From: Gemmatimonadota bacterium | GTDB lineage: Bacteria > JAAXHH01 | Length of the DNA: 64,000 nucleotides | Direction: 5' to 3' | Assembly (NCBI GenBank): GCA_009837395.1 | Contig: VXTP01000046.1 | Location: 65,946 to 129,945, forward strand | Shown here: positions 10,113 to 19,647 of the stretch, in pieces | How positions within the stretch are numbered: position 1 is the first letter of the stretch | Layout of the letters: each line of letters opens with the position of its first letter | The notes under the pieces: generated by a model | The model's database searches: none | Told to the model about the DNA's origin: nothing | What the model saw: the letters and a program-made list of their open reading frames with translations, nothing else | Program-made: the position numbers and the translations under genes

Positions 10113-10502
10113 GTGATGACCGAACCTGCCATACTCGTCGTGGTAGACGACCTGTTCTTCTCCGCCAAGATCGGTGAGACCATCCGCCAGTTGGGCGGCA
10201 TGCCGCGCTTCGCGGCAGAAGCAAGCGAAATCCCGGATGAATCCGCGGGCGGCGCGCCCGCCGCGATCATCGTGGATCTCGATCTTATGCGAACCGACGC
10301 CGTGGGTCTGATCTCCCACCTGAAGACCGGTGAAGCAACCAGGGACGTACCCATGATGGCCTATGGCCGGCACACACGGCCCGAAGCCTTCGTACGCGCC
10401 CGGGAGGCGGGCTGCGAACGGGCCGTGCCCAGGTCGGAATTCGTGAAAAGGCTGCCGGAATTCATCGAAGCCTGCCGGCAACATGCCCGTACCGCGCGTT
10501 GA
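10113..10502 (+). CDS. Stand-alone response-regulator receiver (CheY-like) domain protein, possibly degenerate
   Basis: VVVDD acidic pocket and IIVDLDL phospho-Asp context are present. Conserved T/S and K positions are not obvious. Confidence 0.55.
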   Translation: MMTEPAILVVVDDLFFSAKIGETIRQLGGMPRFAAEASEIPDESAGGAPAAIIVDLDLMRTDAVGLISHLKTGEATRDVPMMAYGRHTRPEAFVRAREAGCERAVPRSEFVKRLPEFIEACRQHARTAR

Positions 10503-10560
10503 AACGTTGAAGACGCGCCGGGACGTTGAAGACGCGCCGGGACGTTGAAGACGCGCCAGG
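10503..10560. repeat. 19-bp tandem repeat x3 (acgttgaagacgcgccggg) starting at the receiver stop codon
   Basis: Three adjacent units read directly. The ORF-track N-terminal extension of polX lies inside it. Confidence 0.85.
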
Positions 10561-10573
10561 ATGGAATCCAGCC

Positions 10574-12295
10574 ATGACCAACAAACAGATCGGCAAGGTG
10601 ATCAGCCAGATCGGTTCGCTCCTGATCCTGCAGGGCGAGAACACCTTCAAGACCCGCGCCTACGCCAATGCCGCGCGCCGCGTGGAAACCCTCTCCGAAC
10701 CGGTGGCGGATATGGTGAACGAAGACCGGCTGGGCAAGGTCCCCGGAATGGGCGCTTCCATGGTGCGCCACATCACCGAACTCGTCCGGGACGGGCAGTC
10801 GAGCTATCATCAGACCCTCGTTCAGGAGGTACCGGCCGGACTCCAGGAAATGCTCACCATTTCGGGCCTTGGAGCGCGGAAGATCCGGACGATTTACGAC
10901 CACCTCGACATCGATACCGTGGGGGAACTGGAGTACGCCTGCCGGGAGAACCGGCTCGTCAAGCTGGACGGGTTCGGCGCCAAGACCCAGGAGCGCGTGC
11001 TCAAGGGGATCGACCTGATCAAGCGGTCGCGCGGGTTCCATCTCCTGGACCGGGCGTTGAAGGAGGCGAAATCCCTGGCGGACGACCTGCTCCGCCACCC
11101 CGATGTCTGGCGCGCCGAGGTCGCCGGAGACGTAAGGCGCAGGATGGAAGTCATCCGCGAGGCAGACCTGGTCGTCGGCCATCCCGACGCGGAGGGGATC
11201 AAGCCCATCCTGCATCGTTTCGGCGAGGTTCAGGAGCAGGACGGCCCGGACGTGACCGTTGTCGGTCCATCCGGTCTGCCCGTGCGGGTCCACTGCGTGC
11301 CGGACGAGACCTTCGCCGTCACGCTGTACCACTGGACGGGCAGCGAAGGCCATCGAACGAGGATCGCCCGTCACGCCGACGACCGGGGGTTCACCATTAC
11401 CGACCGGCACGTCATTCACGACCGCGCCGTGATCCCCTGTCCAGACGAATCCGTGATCTATGACCTGCTCGGTCTGCAGTTCATACCACCGGAATTGCGG
11501 GAAGGGGGCGAAGAGGTCGCCATGGCCGCGGAAAACCGGCTGCCTAAACTGCCGACGAAGGCGGATATCCTCGGCGTGATCCACAACCATACAACCTACA
11601 GCGACGGGATGCACAGCCTCCGGGTAATGGCCGAGGGCGCCCGTGCGCGGGGGTACGGCTACATCGCGGTCTGCGACCACAGCCGGACCGCGGCCTATGC
11701 CCAGGGACTGAGCATCGAACGGGTCATGGAGCAGCAGGAGGAAATCGACAGACTGAACGCTGGCTACGACGACTTCCGCATCCTCAAGGGCATCGAGTCC
11801 GACATCCTCCCCGACGGTAGCCTGGACTACCCGGACGAGGTCCTGGCCTCCTTCGACCTGGTTGTGGCTTCCGTGCACTCCATGTTCAACATGTCCGAAG
11901 CGGATATGACCGAACGCATGGTCAAGGCGATCAGGAATCCGCACACGACCATCCTGGGACACCCAACGGGCAGGCTGCTGCTGGCCCGGGACGGCTATCC
12001 CGTGGACGTGGCCCGCCTCATCGACGAAGCGGTGGCCCACGACGTCGCCGTAGAGGTCAATGCGAATCCCCACCGTCTCGATCTGGACTGGCGACATCTG
12101 GATTACGGCATGACCCGGGGCGCCCGGTTCAGCATCGGACCCGACGCCCATCACGTGGATGAACTGGACTACGTGGAATTTGGACTCTCCATGGTCCGCA
12201 AGGGCGGCGTGACGCCCGATCGACTCCTGAACAGCCTGACGGCGGAAGAACTGATCCGGCTGAAGACCGGGAGTCTCAGCACGGCGGCGAGTTGA
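10574..12295 (+). CDS. polX: DNA polymerase/3'-5' exonuclease PolX (Pol beta-like nucleotidyltransferase plus PHP domain)
   Basis: HhH motifs, GDVRRRMEVIREADLVV (pol beta palm), PHP motif GVIHNHTTYSDG. Start taken at MTNKQIGKV. Confidence 0.85.
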   Translation: MTNKQIGKVISQIGSLLILQGENTFKTRAYANAARRVETLSEPVADMVNEDRLGKVPGMGASMVRHITELVRDGQSSYHQTLVQEVPAGLQEMLTISGLGARKIRTIYDHLDIDTVGELEYACRENRLVKLDGFGAKTQERVLKGIDLIKRSRGFHLLDRALKEAKSLADDLLRHPDVWRAEVAGDVRRRMEVIREADLVVGHPDAEGIKPILHRFGEVQEQDGPDVTVVGPSGLPVRVHCVPDETFAVTLYHWTGSEGHRTRIARHADDRGFTITDRHVIHDRAVIPCPDESVIYDLLGLQFIPPELREGGEEVAMAAENRLPKLPTKADILGVIHNHTTYSDGMHSLRVMAEGARARGYGYIAVCDHSRTAAYAQGLSIERVMEQQEEIDRLNAGYDDFRILKGIESDILPDGSLDYPDEVLASFDLVVASVHSMFNMSEADMTERMVKAIRNPHTTILGHPTGRLLLARDGYPVDVARLIDEAVAHDVAVEVNANPHRLDLDWRHLDYGMTRGARFSIGPDAHHVDELDYVEFGLSMVRKGGVTPDRLLNSLTAEELIRLKTGSLSTAAS

Positions 12296-12470
12296 GCCGT
12301 CCGCCTGGTCCGCCTGACCGGCATGCACCCGGCCTACCTCGCCAGTCCCGCCTGGTCCGCCAGTCCCGCCAGTCCCTGTCTGGTCCCGCTTTTGCCCGCG
12401 CGGTCCCGCCTGTCCCGGTCCGGATCCGCCCGCCCTCGCCAGTCCCGCCTGTCCCGGCCCGAATCCTACA
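12296..12470. repeat. Degenerate GC-rich direct-repeat tract (CGCCAGTCCCGCCTG-like units)
   Basis: Several copies of cagtcccgcc / gtcccgcctgtcccgg between polX and nth. Confidence 0.5.
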
Positions 12471-12484
12471 GGAGCATCTGAAAC

Positions 12485-13123
12485 ATGCCGACGGTGAAAG
12501 CGCAGCGTGAACGAATGGCGGAGATCCTGGACCGCCTGAAGAAGACCTACCCCGAAGTGGGACCGGCACTGAACTTCACCACGCCTTTTGAACTGCTTGT
12601 CGCGACCATCCTCTCGGCACAGTGCACGGACAAGCAGGTGAACGTGGTCACGGAATCCCTCTTCAAGAAGTATCCGTCCCCCGGGCACTTCCTGGACGCC
12701 GCGTCCGAAGCATTGGAAACGGATATCTTCACCACGGGATTCTACCGCAACAAGGCGGCCAATATCCGGAAATGCTGCCGGTCGTTGATCGATCTCCACG
12801 GCGGCGAGGTGCCCTCGGCCATGGAGGACCTGACGAATCTGGCCGGCGTGGGGCGGAAGACCGCCAACGTCGTGCGCGGCAACGCCTTCGGGATTCCGGG
12901 GATCGCCGTGGACACCCACGTGAAACGGCTTTCCGGGCTCCTCGGGTTCACGAGACAGACCGATCCCGACCGGATCGAGCGCGACCTGATGAAGGTCGTG
13001 CCGGAATCGGACTGGACCGGTCTGGGACACCTCATGGCGGCCCACGGCAGGAAGACCTGCGTCGCCCGACGTCCGAAATGTGACGAATGCGTCCTGAGCG
13101 ATCTGTGCCCTTCGGCAAAGTAG
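12485..13123 (+). CDS. nth: Endonuclease III (DNA glycosylase/AP lyase)
   Basis: HhH-GPD fold, LAGVGRKTANVV, 4Fe-4S cluster loop CVARRPKCDECVLSDLC. Confidence 0.9.
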   Translation: MPTVKAQRERMAEILDRLKKTYPEVGPALNFTTPFELLVATILSAQCTDKQVNVVTESLFKKYPSPGHFLDAASEALETDIFTTGFYRNKAANIRKCCRSLIDLHGGEVPSAMEDLTNLAGVGRKTANVVRGNAFGIPGIAVDTHVKRLSGLLGFTRQTDPDRIERDLMKVVPESDWTGLGHLMAAHGRKTCVARRPKCDECVLSDLCPSAK

Positions 13124-13134
13124 GCGTCATTGCC

Positions 13135-13219
13135 GGCCCGTACACCGGCTTGGTCGTCGGCCCGGTCGCCGGCTTGGTCGCCGGCCCGTACACCGGCCCG
13201 GCCGTCGGCCCGTCCGCCG
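13135..13219. repeat. 24-bp tandem repeat x3.5 (ggcccgtacaccggcttggtcgtc-like) followed by a T-rich run; possible terminator of nth
   Basis: Units at 13135, 13159, 13183 and a partial at 13207, then ttttgtgtttt. Confidence 0.8.
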
Positions 13220-13441
13220 TTTTGTGTTTTCAACAAACTCCGCGTCGGGTATATTTCGGATACCTACTGGATACGTCATTAAGCCGCCTGCGTGTGGGCG
13301 GCTCGCGCGCCATGCGCCAGCGCAAGTGTGTGCGGTCTCAGGTTCGTGCGGTATCGAGACGGTCCACTCGCGCGCGACCCGCGTGCCGACCGCGAAATGG
13401 TCGTAAAACGAGATGGTCGTTAAAAGCAGACAGGAAGGGGA

Positions 13442-14119
13442 ATGCGCCAAACGATACTGGTCGTAGACGACGAACCCGATATCGTGGAAATCATCCAGTA
13501 CAACCTGGAGAAATCCGGCTTCGACGTCATCGTGGCGGCGGACGGTCCTGTCGCGTTGGAAAAGGCCCGCGACGAGACCCCCGATCTCATCGTGCTCGAC
13601 CTCATGCTGCCCGGACTCGAAGGTACCGATGTTTGCCGCATTCTGAAACAGGACGAACGCACGAGGTCCATACCCATCCTGATGCTGACCGCGAAGAGCG
13701 AGGAAATCGATCGGATAATCGGTCTTGAACTGGGGGCCGACGACTATGTGGTCAAACCCTTCAGCCCCCGGGAGATCGCCCTGCGCATCCGGAATATCCT
13801 GCGCCGCCGGACCGCGCCGGAAACCCCGGGCCCCGTCCGGGCGGGACCCCTGGTCATCGACGTGGAAGGCCACCATGTATCCGTTTCCGGCAGCTCGGTG
13901 TCCCTGACGGCCACCGAGTTCAAGCTCCTGGCCGTGCTCTTTCAGCGGCGCGGCAGGGTTCAGTCCCGGGAAGAGCTGCTCGACGTGGTCTGGGGATATG
14001 ACTACATGGGGTACGGTCGCACCGTGGACGCCCACATCAAGCGATTGCGAGAGAAACTCGGCGAGGCCGCCGGCATGGTGGAAACGGTGCGGGGGGTCGG
14101 ATACCGCTTCGCCAGGTAG
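13442..14119 (+). CDS. phoB: OmpR/PhoB-family response regulator
   Basis: Receiver (VDDEPDIV...LDLMLPG) plus winged-helix output (VRGVGYRF). An ATGGTCGT direct repeat (16-bp spacing) lies just upstream at 13395-13430. Confidence 0.85.
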   Translation: MRQTILVVDDEPDIVEIIQYNLEKSGFDVIVAADGPVALEKARDETPDLIVLDLMLPGLEGTDVCRILKQDERTRSIPILMLTAKSEEIDRIIGLELGADDYVVKPFSPREIALRIRNILRRRTAPETPGPVRAGPLVIDVEGHHVSVSGSSVSLTATEFKLLAVLFQRRGRVQSREELLDVVWGYDYMGYGRTVDAHIKRLREKLGEAAGMVETVRGVGYRFAR

Positions 14120-14127
14120 GCCCGGTC

Positions 14128-15990
14128 ATGCGATTTTCGCTGCAGACAAAGATCCTGGTCGGCTACGTCGCCTTCACCCTGGTGGTGGCGGGCGCCGTGT
14201 ACATCTATCTGAACACGTCTCTCCGCGAGGATGTCAGCGGCCATACCCGCGAGCAGTTGCTCAATGACGCCCGCCTGATCCAGTCCTACCTGGAAAACGC
14301 CCCTCTTCTCTCTCTTTCACCAGAGGCGATCGATCCGATCGCGGACCGCCTGGGCGAGCAGTGCGGCGCCCGGGTGACCGTGGTGCGGGACGACGGCGTC
14401 GTGGCCGGTGATTCCTCCATCCCCCTTTCGTCCGTCCCCCTCATGGAGAACCACGGCGACCGGCCGGAGATCCTCGAAGCCATCGCGTCGGGGATCGGAA
14501 ACAGCATCCGCTACAGCAACACGCTGGAAACCGACATGGCCTATGTGGCGGTCCCCTTCCGGACCGAACAGGCAAGGGGCGTCGTGCGGGTCGCGCTGCC
14601 GCTGCAGCAGTTCCGGTGGATCGAATCCCATATTTGGAAGATCGTGCTCGCGGCCCTCGGCATCGGCCTCCTGTTGAGCGTCGTGCTGAGCTGGGGCACG
14701 GAGAGACTGGTCTCCCGACCGATCGAACGCATGACGGAAGTCGCCCGTCGCCAGGCCGCCGGCGACCTCGAGGTCACCGCTTCCGCGCCGGCGCACGTCG
14801 AACTTTCCTCCCTGGCGGCCGCCCTGAACGAGATGGCCGCGCAATCAAAGGAAAGGCTTTCGCGGATCCGGGAAGAGAACGCCCAGCTCGAAGCGGTGCT
14901 GTCCGGTATGGCGGAAGGCGTAATGGTGACCTCCGCGGAAGGGCGGATCCTGATGGTGAATCCGGCCTTCAAGCGCATGATGGACGTGGACGCGTGGTGC
15001 CTGAACAAACGACCGATCGAGGTCGTGCGCAACCACGACCTGCAGAGCGTGGTGGACGCCGCGATCGACTCGGCGCCGTCCCTGCATGAGGACACCGTGT
15101 TCGACCTGACCCTGGAGTGGAACCAGCGCATATTCCAGGTACACCTGACCCCCGTACGCATCGGGGAGCAGCTGCACGGGGTGGTCGCCGTGTTCCACGA
15201 CATGACCGAACTGCGCCGCCTGGAGCAGGTCCGGAAGGACTTCGTGGCCAACGTGTCTCACGAGCTCAGGACGCCGCTGACCTCCATCAAGGGTTTTGTG
15301 GAGACGCTGCTGGACGGCGCCATGGAGGATACCGCCGCGCTGCGCCGTTTCATGACGTCCATCCAGCACCATGCCGACCGGCTCCAGGCTTTGGTCGAGG
15401 ACCTGCTGCAACTGTCCAGCATAGAATCGGGCCGGTACGAGGTCGAATTCACGTCCTGCCGCCTGGACCGTATTACGGAACGGGTCGCCGAGATCTTCGC
15501 GAAGCAGATCGACGGCAAGCAACTGGCGCTTTCCCTGCGGTTCGAAACGGACAGACCGGCCCGCGGAGACCCCGAACTCATGGAGCGGGCCCTGTCCAAC
15601 CTGGTGGACAACGCCGTGAAATACACGGAGCATGGCGGATCGATCACCATCGGCACCGAGGAACGGGGCGACGAGATCGTCCTGTCGGTCGCCGACACCG
15701 GTCCGGGCATTCCGTCCGAGGCGCTTCCCCGGATCTTCGAACGTTTTTTCCGGGTCGACCGGGCGCGGTCAAGGGCCCTTGGCGGAACCGGCCTGGGCCT
15801 GGCGATCGTCCGGCACACCATGGAATTGCTCAACGGCAGGGCGTGGGTCGAGAGCAGGCTCGGCGAAGGCGCGACCTTCTACCTCTCCCTGCCCGCGTGG
15901 ATCGAAGACGAGCCGTCCGAAACGGCCGGACGCTCCGCGCGGGCGACGGAAGAATCGGTCAACGAAACCTCAACGGGTAGAACCACTTAG
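14128..15990 (+). CDS. phoR: Sensor histidine kinase (TM, HAMP, PAS, HisKA, HATPase), PhoR-like
   Basis: H-box HELRTPLTSIKGF; N, G1, G2 boxes; 8-nt gap after phoB. Confidence 0.8.
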   Translation: MRFSLQTKILVGYVAFTLVVAGAVYIYLNTSLREDVSGHTREQLLNDARLIQSYLENAPLLSLSPEAIDPIADRLGEQCGARVTVVRDDGVVAGDSSIPLSSVPLMENHGDRPEILEAIASGIGNSIRYSNTLETDMAYVAVPFRTEQARGVVRVALPLQQFRWIESHIWKIVLAALGIGLLLSVVLSWGTERLVSRPIERMTEVARRQAAGDLEVTASAPAHVELSSLAAALNEMAAQSKERLSRIREENAQLEAVLSGMAEGVMVTSAEGRILMVNPAFKRMMDVDAWCLNKRPIEVVRNHDLQSVVDAAIDSAPSLHEDTVFDLTLEWNQRIFQVHLTPVRIGEQLHGVVAVFHDMTELRRLEQVRKDFVANVSHELRTPLTSIKGFVETLLDGAMEDTAALRRFMTSIQHHADRLQALVEDLLQLSSIESGRYEVEFTSCRLDRITERVAEIFAKQIDGKQLALSLRFETDRPARGDPELMERALSNLVDNAVKYTEHGGSITIGTEERGDEIVLSVADTGPGIPSEALPRIFERFFRVDRARSRALGGTGLGLAIVRHTMELLNGRAWVESRLGEGATFYLSLPAWIEDEPSETAGRSARATEESVNETSTGRTT

Positions 15991-16097
15991 ACCGCACCAT
16001 CCCTCCCTCTCGGTACACGTACGCATGTTCCCGCCGGACCATTCGTTCCCAGGTCCCTACGATCAACGGACCGTCGTAATAACCCGTTGCATTTCCG

Positions 16098-16124
16098 GTG
16101 TTTTTTTGGATCAAAAAACACATT
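16098..16124. promoter_or_regulatory. 24-bp AT-rich palindrome centred on GATC (GTGTTTTTTTGGATCAAAAAACAC) in the phoR downstream / small-membrane-protein leader
   Basis: Perfect 9-bp arms read directly. TTGACA follows at 16125-16130. Confidence 0.3.
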
Positions 16125-16409
16125 TACCCTTGACAGTGCTTCCCTTCCGATATTAATTGGGTACATAACCCAAAAAACTCAATAGAACCATCGGGATCAC
16201 TACCCCGATACGCAGGTTTCCGGCCAGGCTTCTGAAGGCAGTCGCACGATGCGCGGACGCGCGCGTCTGACTGAACCGTTTCGAAGGAAGTTAGTGACAG
16301 GTGCGGCTTACTGTGCGTACGCGACGCAAGTTCGTCTCGCCGTAGTTCCCGCCACGGCTACGCGCTGGTGCGGGCCGGTGGCAAAACCAATCTCCTCCAG
16401 GAGGTAGAT

Positions 16410-16739
16410 ATGGCAACCAGAGTAATTGTGGGTTTGATCGCCCTTTTGGCGATCATCCAGGGGTTGGCAGGTGGCATGATGAATGATGGCGGGGCCATAA
16501 TGATCCTGATTGTGCTCCTGGGTATCGTCTACGGCTTCATGGGGGTAGACGCTGAGGACGCGACGGACTACCTGGTCGTGACTATCGCGGTAGGCGCGGC
16601 GGCGGGCGCAGACGTGTTGAGTGGCATACCGGTCATCGGAATGTCCCTGGACGGCATTCTGGATCCGGCCAGCTCAGCGCTGTACGCCAGCGTGTTTTCC
16701 ATCCTGATCATGCGTACGTTAAACCGGCTCAAGGGATAG
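16410..16739 (+). CDS. Small integral membrane protein (possible GlsB/YeaQ/YmgE transglycosylase-associated family), tandem paralog 1
   Basis: GGAGG Shine-Dalgarno at 16397-16401; 3 predicted TM segments. Pattern GLIA..A..GLAGG....GG.I..I.LGIVYG resembles YeaQ from recall. Confidence 0.55.
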   Translation: MATRVIVGLIALLAIIQGLAGGMMNDGGAIMILIVLLGIVYGFMGVDAEDATDYLVVTIAVGAAAGADVLSGIPVIGMSLDGILDPASSALYASVFSILIMRTLNRLKG

Positions 16740-16753
16740 ACGGCGGCGAACTT

Positions 16754-16791
16754 CGGCCTTCCGTGCCGGGGACCCGCGGCCTTCCGTGCCG
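16754..16791. repeat. Direct repeat cggccttccgtgccg x2 between the paralogous small genes
   Basis: Read directly; period ~23. Confidence 0.6.
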
Positions 16792-16854
16792 CGAAGATTC
16801 ACCCGGCCTTCTCCCTGAACCGAGTCGTTTTCAAGTGCTTAGGAGGTAAGATAT

Positions 16855-17184
16855 ATGGCATCCCGGATAGTCGTTGGACTCGCGGTGCTGCTGGCGTTGC
16901 ATGAGGGGCTGGTTAGCGGTATGCTGCTTGACGGTACCGTTGTCGGGCTGTTGCTGGTCATCCTCGGCCTGTTGCACGCGCACCTGTCGGTCGACGCGGA
17001 AGACGCCACGGGCTACCTGGCGGTCACCATTGCCGTCGGTGCGGCGGCGGGCATGGACGTGCTAAGCAACATACCGGCGATCGGCGCGACCCTTGACGCG
17101 ATCATCGATCCGGTCAGCACGGTCCTGTACGCCGGCGTCGTTACCATTCTCCTGAAAAGGACGAAGGCCCGTATAGGGTGGTAA
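16855..17184 (+). CDS. Small integral membrane protein, tandem paralog 2
   Basis: TAGGAGG Shine-Dalgarno upstream. Shares SVDAEDATGYL.VTIAVGAAAG.DVLS.IP.IG..LD.I.DP.S..LYA with paralog 1. Confidence 0.55.
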   Translation: MASRIVVGLAVLLALHEGLVSGMLLDGTVVGLLLVILGLLHAHLSVDAEDATGYLAVTIAVGAAAGMDVLSNIPAIGATLDAIIDPVSTVLYAGVVTILLKRTKARIGW

Positions 17185-17209
17185 CAGAGAGGTAGTCGGC
17201 GTAAACACA

Positions 17210-17258
17210 CAGGCGGACCGGGGAATACACGACCTCCCTGGTCCGCCTGTTTTTTTGT
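17210..17258 (+). terminator. Rho-independent terminator-like hairpin (CAGGCGGACC...GGTCCGCCTG) followed by TTTTTTT
   Basis: 10-bp outer stem with an inner CCGGGGA/TCCCTGG pairing and a T7 run. Positioned between the small-protein pair and convergent ppk1. Confidence 0.55.
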
Positions 17259-17314
17259 GTACCGGTAGTCCCCGGTACCGTCTGCCCCTGGTACCGGTTT
17301 TCTCCTGAATCCCC

Positions 17315-19594
17315 TCAGTTCCGGGCGGTCAGCGCAGTCCGGGAAGCCGCGGAACGCTTCATCTTCAGGTCCGCGTTGATCCTCACGGTCTCGCAGGCCA
17401 GATCGTACAGTTCCCGTTGCGACTGGAAGCGCCTTCCCGCTTTCTTCACGTACCTGTACGTCCCGTCCGACTGCAATTCGCGCGCCTTCACATTGTCCTT
17501 CAGCTGTATCTTCAAATACGCCCACAGCTCCGCCTGGAGCGCCCGGTCGATGACCGGGAACGAAATCTCGACCCGGCGGTTGAGGTTCCGGTCCATCCAG
17601 TCCGCGCTGGAAAACAGGTATTCCGGGTCCCCGTCGTTGTAGAAATAGAACAGCCGGACGTGCTCGAGAAACCGGTCGACGATGCTGATGACGCTGATGT
17701 TCTCGCTCAATCCCGGGACGCCCGGTCTCAGGCAGCAAATGCCGCGGATGATCAGCTGTATCCGGACGCCGGCCTGGGAGGCCTGGTACAGGGCCACGAT
17801 CATGTCCGGGTCGACCAGGGAATTGATCTTCGCGATCACCAGGGCCGGATGCCCGGCGCGGGCCCGGTCGCTCTCCCGCTGCAGCCGTTTCACCATGTCC
17901 TCCCGCATCGACGTGGGCGAAAGGATGAGATGGTGAAAGCGCGAGGGCAGCGCGTAGCCGGTCAGCAGGTTGAATAGCTGCGTTACGTCCTCGCCGAATT
18001 CCTCTTTGTCGGTGAACAGGCCGAAATCGGCGTAGATGCGTGCCGTCTTGTCGTTGTAATTCCCTGTACCCAGGTGACAGTACCGGTGTATCCCCTCGCC
18101 CTCCCGGCGCACGACGAGGCAGGCCTTGCAATGGACCTTGATGCCCGGTATGCCGTAGATGACATGGGCCCCCGCCTCCTCCAACTGCCTGGCCCACTGG
18201 ATATTCGCGGCCTCGTCGAACCGGGCCTTTAACTCCAGCAGCACCGAGACTTCCTTGCCGTTCTGCGCCGCCCGCGTCAACGCCCGGGTGATGGGCGAAT
18301 TGGCACTGACCCGGTACAGCGTCATCTTGATGGCGAGTACCTGGGGATCCTCCGCTGCTTCCGAAACGAACCGGACCACCGCGTTGAATTGATGAAAGGG
18401 GTGGTGCAGCAGGATGTCTTCCTTCTTGATGGCCTCCCAGATGGAAGGCGCGCCTTCGAAGGACGTCGCCGGCTGGGGCGGGAAGGGTTCGTCCATGAGA
18501 TCGGGCCGGTCGACGGCGTCGTACAGTTCGATGAGATCGGAAAAAGCGGTGAAGCCTTCCGTGGGGTAAAGATCCTCCGGCTCCAGTTCCAGTTCATCCA
18601 CCAGGACGTCCAGGATGCGCGAAGACAGCTCAGGGTCGTACTGCAGCCGGACCGCGGCCCCGTTGCGCCGGTTGCGTATGCCCTCCTCGATGACCTTGAG
18701 CAGGTCCTCCGCGCCTTCCTCCTCGTAATCCACGTCGGCGTCCCGCGTCACGCGGATCGACGCGCAGTTCAGCACCTCGTAACCGTTGTAGAACAGGTCG
18801 AGGTTCATCTGGATGACGTCCTCCAGCATGAAGAAAGCCTGCCGGCCGTTCTCGGACGGGAGCTCGAGGAACCGCGGAATGACCGAGGTGGGCAGGTGGA
18901 TGACCGAAAGGTTCGTATGGGGGAAAACGGACTTCTGGATCTTCCTGATCTCGGCCACGAGACAGAGCGTGGCGTTGGCCAGGTAGGGAAAGGGATGGCC
19001 GGGGTCCACCGCCAGCGGGGTCACCACCGGCAGGATGGTCTTCCGGAAGTACTCGTCCAGATAGGCCTTCTGTGAAGGGCTGAGTTGCTCGGGTTCCAGG
19101 ATGTCGATCCCCTGCTCGGTGAGTTGCGGGCGGATCTCGTTGATGAACAGGCCGTGCTGCTCGTTGACCAGTTCGTGCATCCGGGACGAGAGCGCGGTCA
19201 TCACCTCCCGGGGACTCAGGCCGTCGGCAGTCCGCGTGGACTGGACCTGCGCGTCGATCTGCCTTTTGACGCCGGCGACGCGGATCATGAAGAACTCGTC
19301 CAGGTTGGAACTGAATATGGCCAGGAACTTCAACCGTTCCAGCAGGGGAACCGTCGGGTCGAGCGCTTCCTCCAGCACCCGGGCGTTGAATTCCATCCAG
19401 CTCAGTTCCCGGTTGAAGAAATGTTCCGGGCGCCAGTAATCCGTCACCAGCGGCGCGGCGGGAGGCCGGGGCTTGTGGGTGAACCGGCGCCCCGCTCTCT
19501 TCGAAGCGATGGTTCGAACCGCGGCGGTTCGGGTGTTGTTCCCATTCGGTGAAGACATGAAAGAATCACCTGTTGGATGGATAATAGGCCTCAC
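17315..19594 (-). CDS. ppk: Polyphosphate kinase 1
   Basis: Full-length PPK1 architecture (N-domain ELSWMEFNARVLEEA, two PLD-like C domains). The true start may be the internal MSSPNG. Confidence 0.9.
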   Translation of the reverse strand: MRPIIHPTGDSFMSSPNGNNTRTAAVRTIASKRAGRRFTHKPRPPAAPLVTDYWRPEHFFNRELSWMEFNARVLEEALDPTVPLLERLKFLAIFSSNLDEFFMIRVAGVKRQIDAQVQSTRTADGLSPREVMTALSSRMHELVNEQHGLFINEIRPQLTEQGIDILEPEQLSPSQKAYLDEYFRKTILPVVTPLAVDPGHPFPYLANATLCLVAEIRKIQKSVFPHTNLSVIHLPTSVIPRFLELPSENGRQAFFMLEDVIQMNLDLFYNGYEVLNCASIRVTRDADVDYEEEGAEDLLKVIEEGIRNRRNGAAVRLQYDPELSSRILDVLVDELELEPEDLYPTEGFTAFSDLIELYDAVDRPDLMDEPFPPQPATSFEGAPSIWEAIKKEDILLHHPFHQFNAVVRFVSEAAEDPQVLAIKMTLYRVSANSPITRALTRAAQNGKEVSVLLELKARFDEAANIQWARQLEEAGAHVIYGIPGIKVHCKACLVVRREGEGIHRYCHLGTGNYNDKTARIYADFGLFTDKEEFGEDVTQLFNLLTGYALPSRFHHLILSPTSMREDMVKRLQRESDRARAGHPALVIAKINSLVDPDMIVALYQASQAGVRIQLIIRGICCLRPGVPGLSENISVISIVDRFLEHVRLFYFYNDGDPEYLFSSADWMDRNLNRRVEISFPVIDRALQAELWAYLKIQLKDNVKARELQSDGTYRYVKKAGRRFQSQRELYDLACETVRINADLKMKRSAASRTALTARN

Positions 19595-19611
19595 GCGTGG
19601 CGGACACGACG

Positions 19612-19647
19612 CGCGCGATATCGTATTTCGATACTACGATATTGCGT
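19612..19647. promoter_or_regulatory. Imperfect palindrome GCGATATCGTA-N9-TACGATATTGCG immediately upstream of the ppk1 start (candidate operator)
   Basis: 8-bp perfect inverted repeat ATATCGTA/TACGATAT read directly in the ppk1 / TonB-receptor divergent region. Confidence 0.35.

Noticed and set aside
10361-13045. 894-aa minus-strand ORF spanning polX and nth on the opposite strand
   Set aside because: No recognisable domains; Arg/Gly/Pro-rich composition typical of antisense frames in high-GC DNA; fully overlaps two well-supported plus-strand genes.
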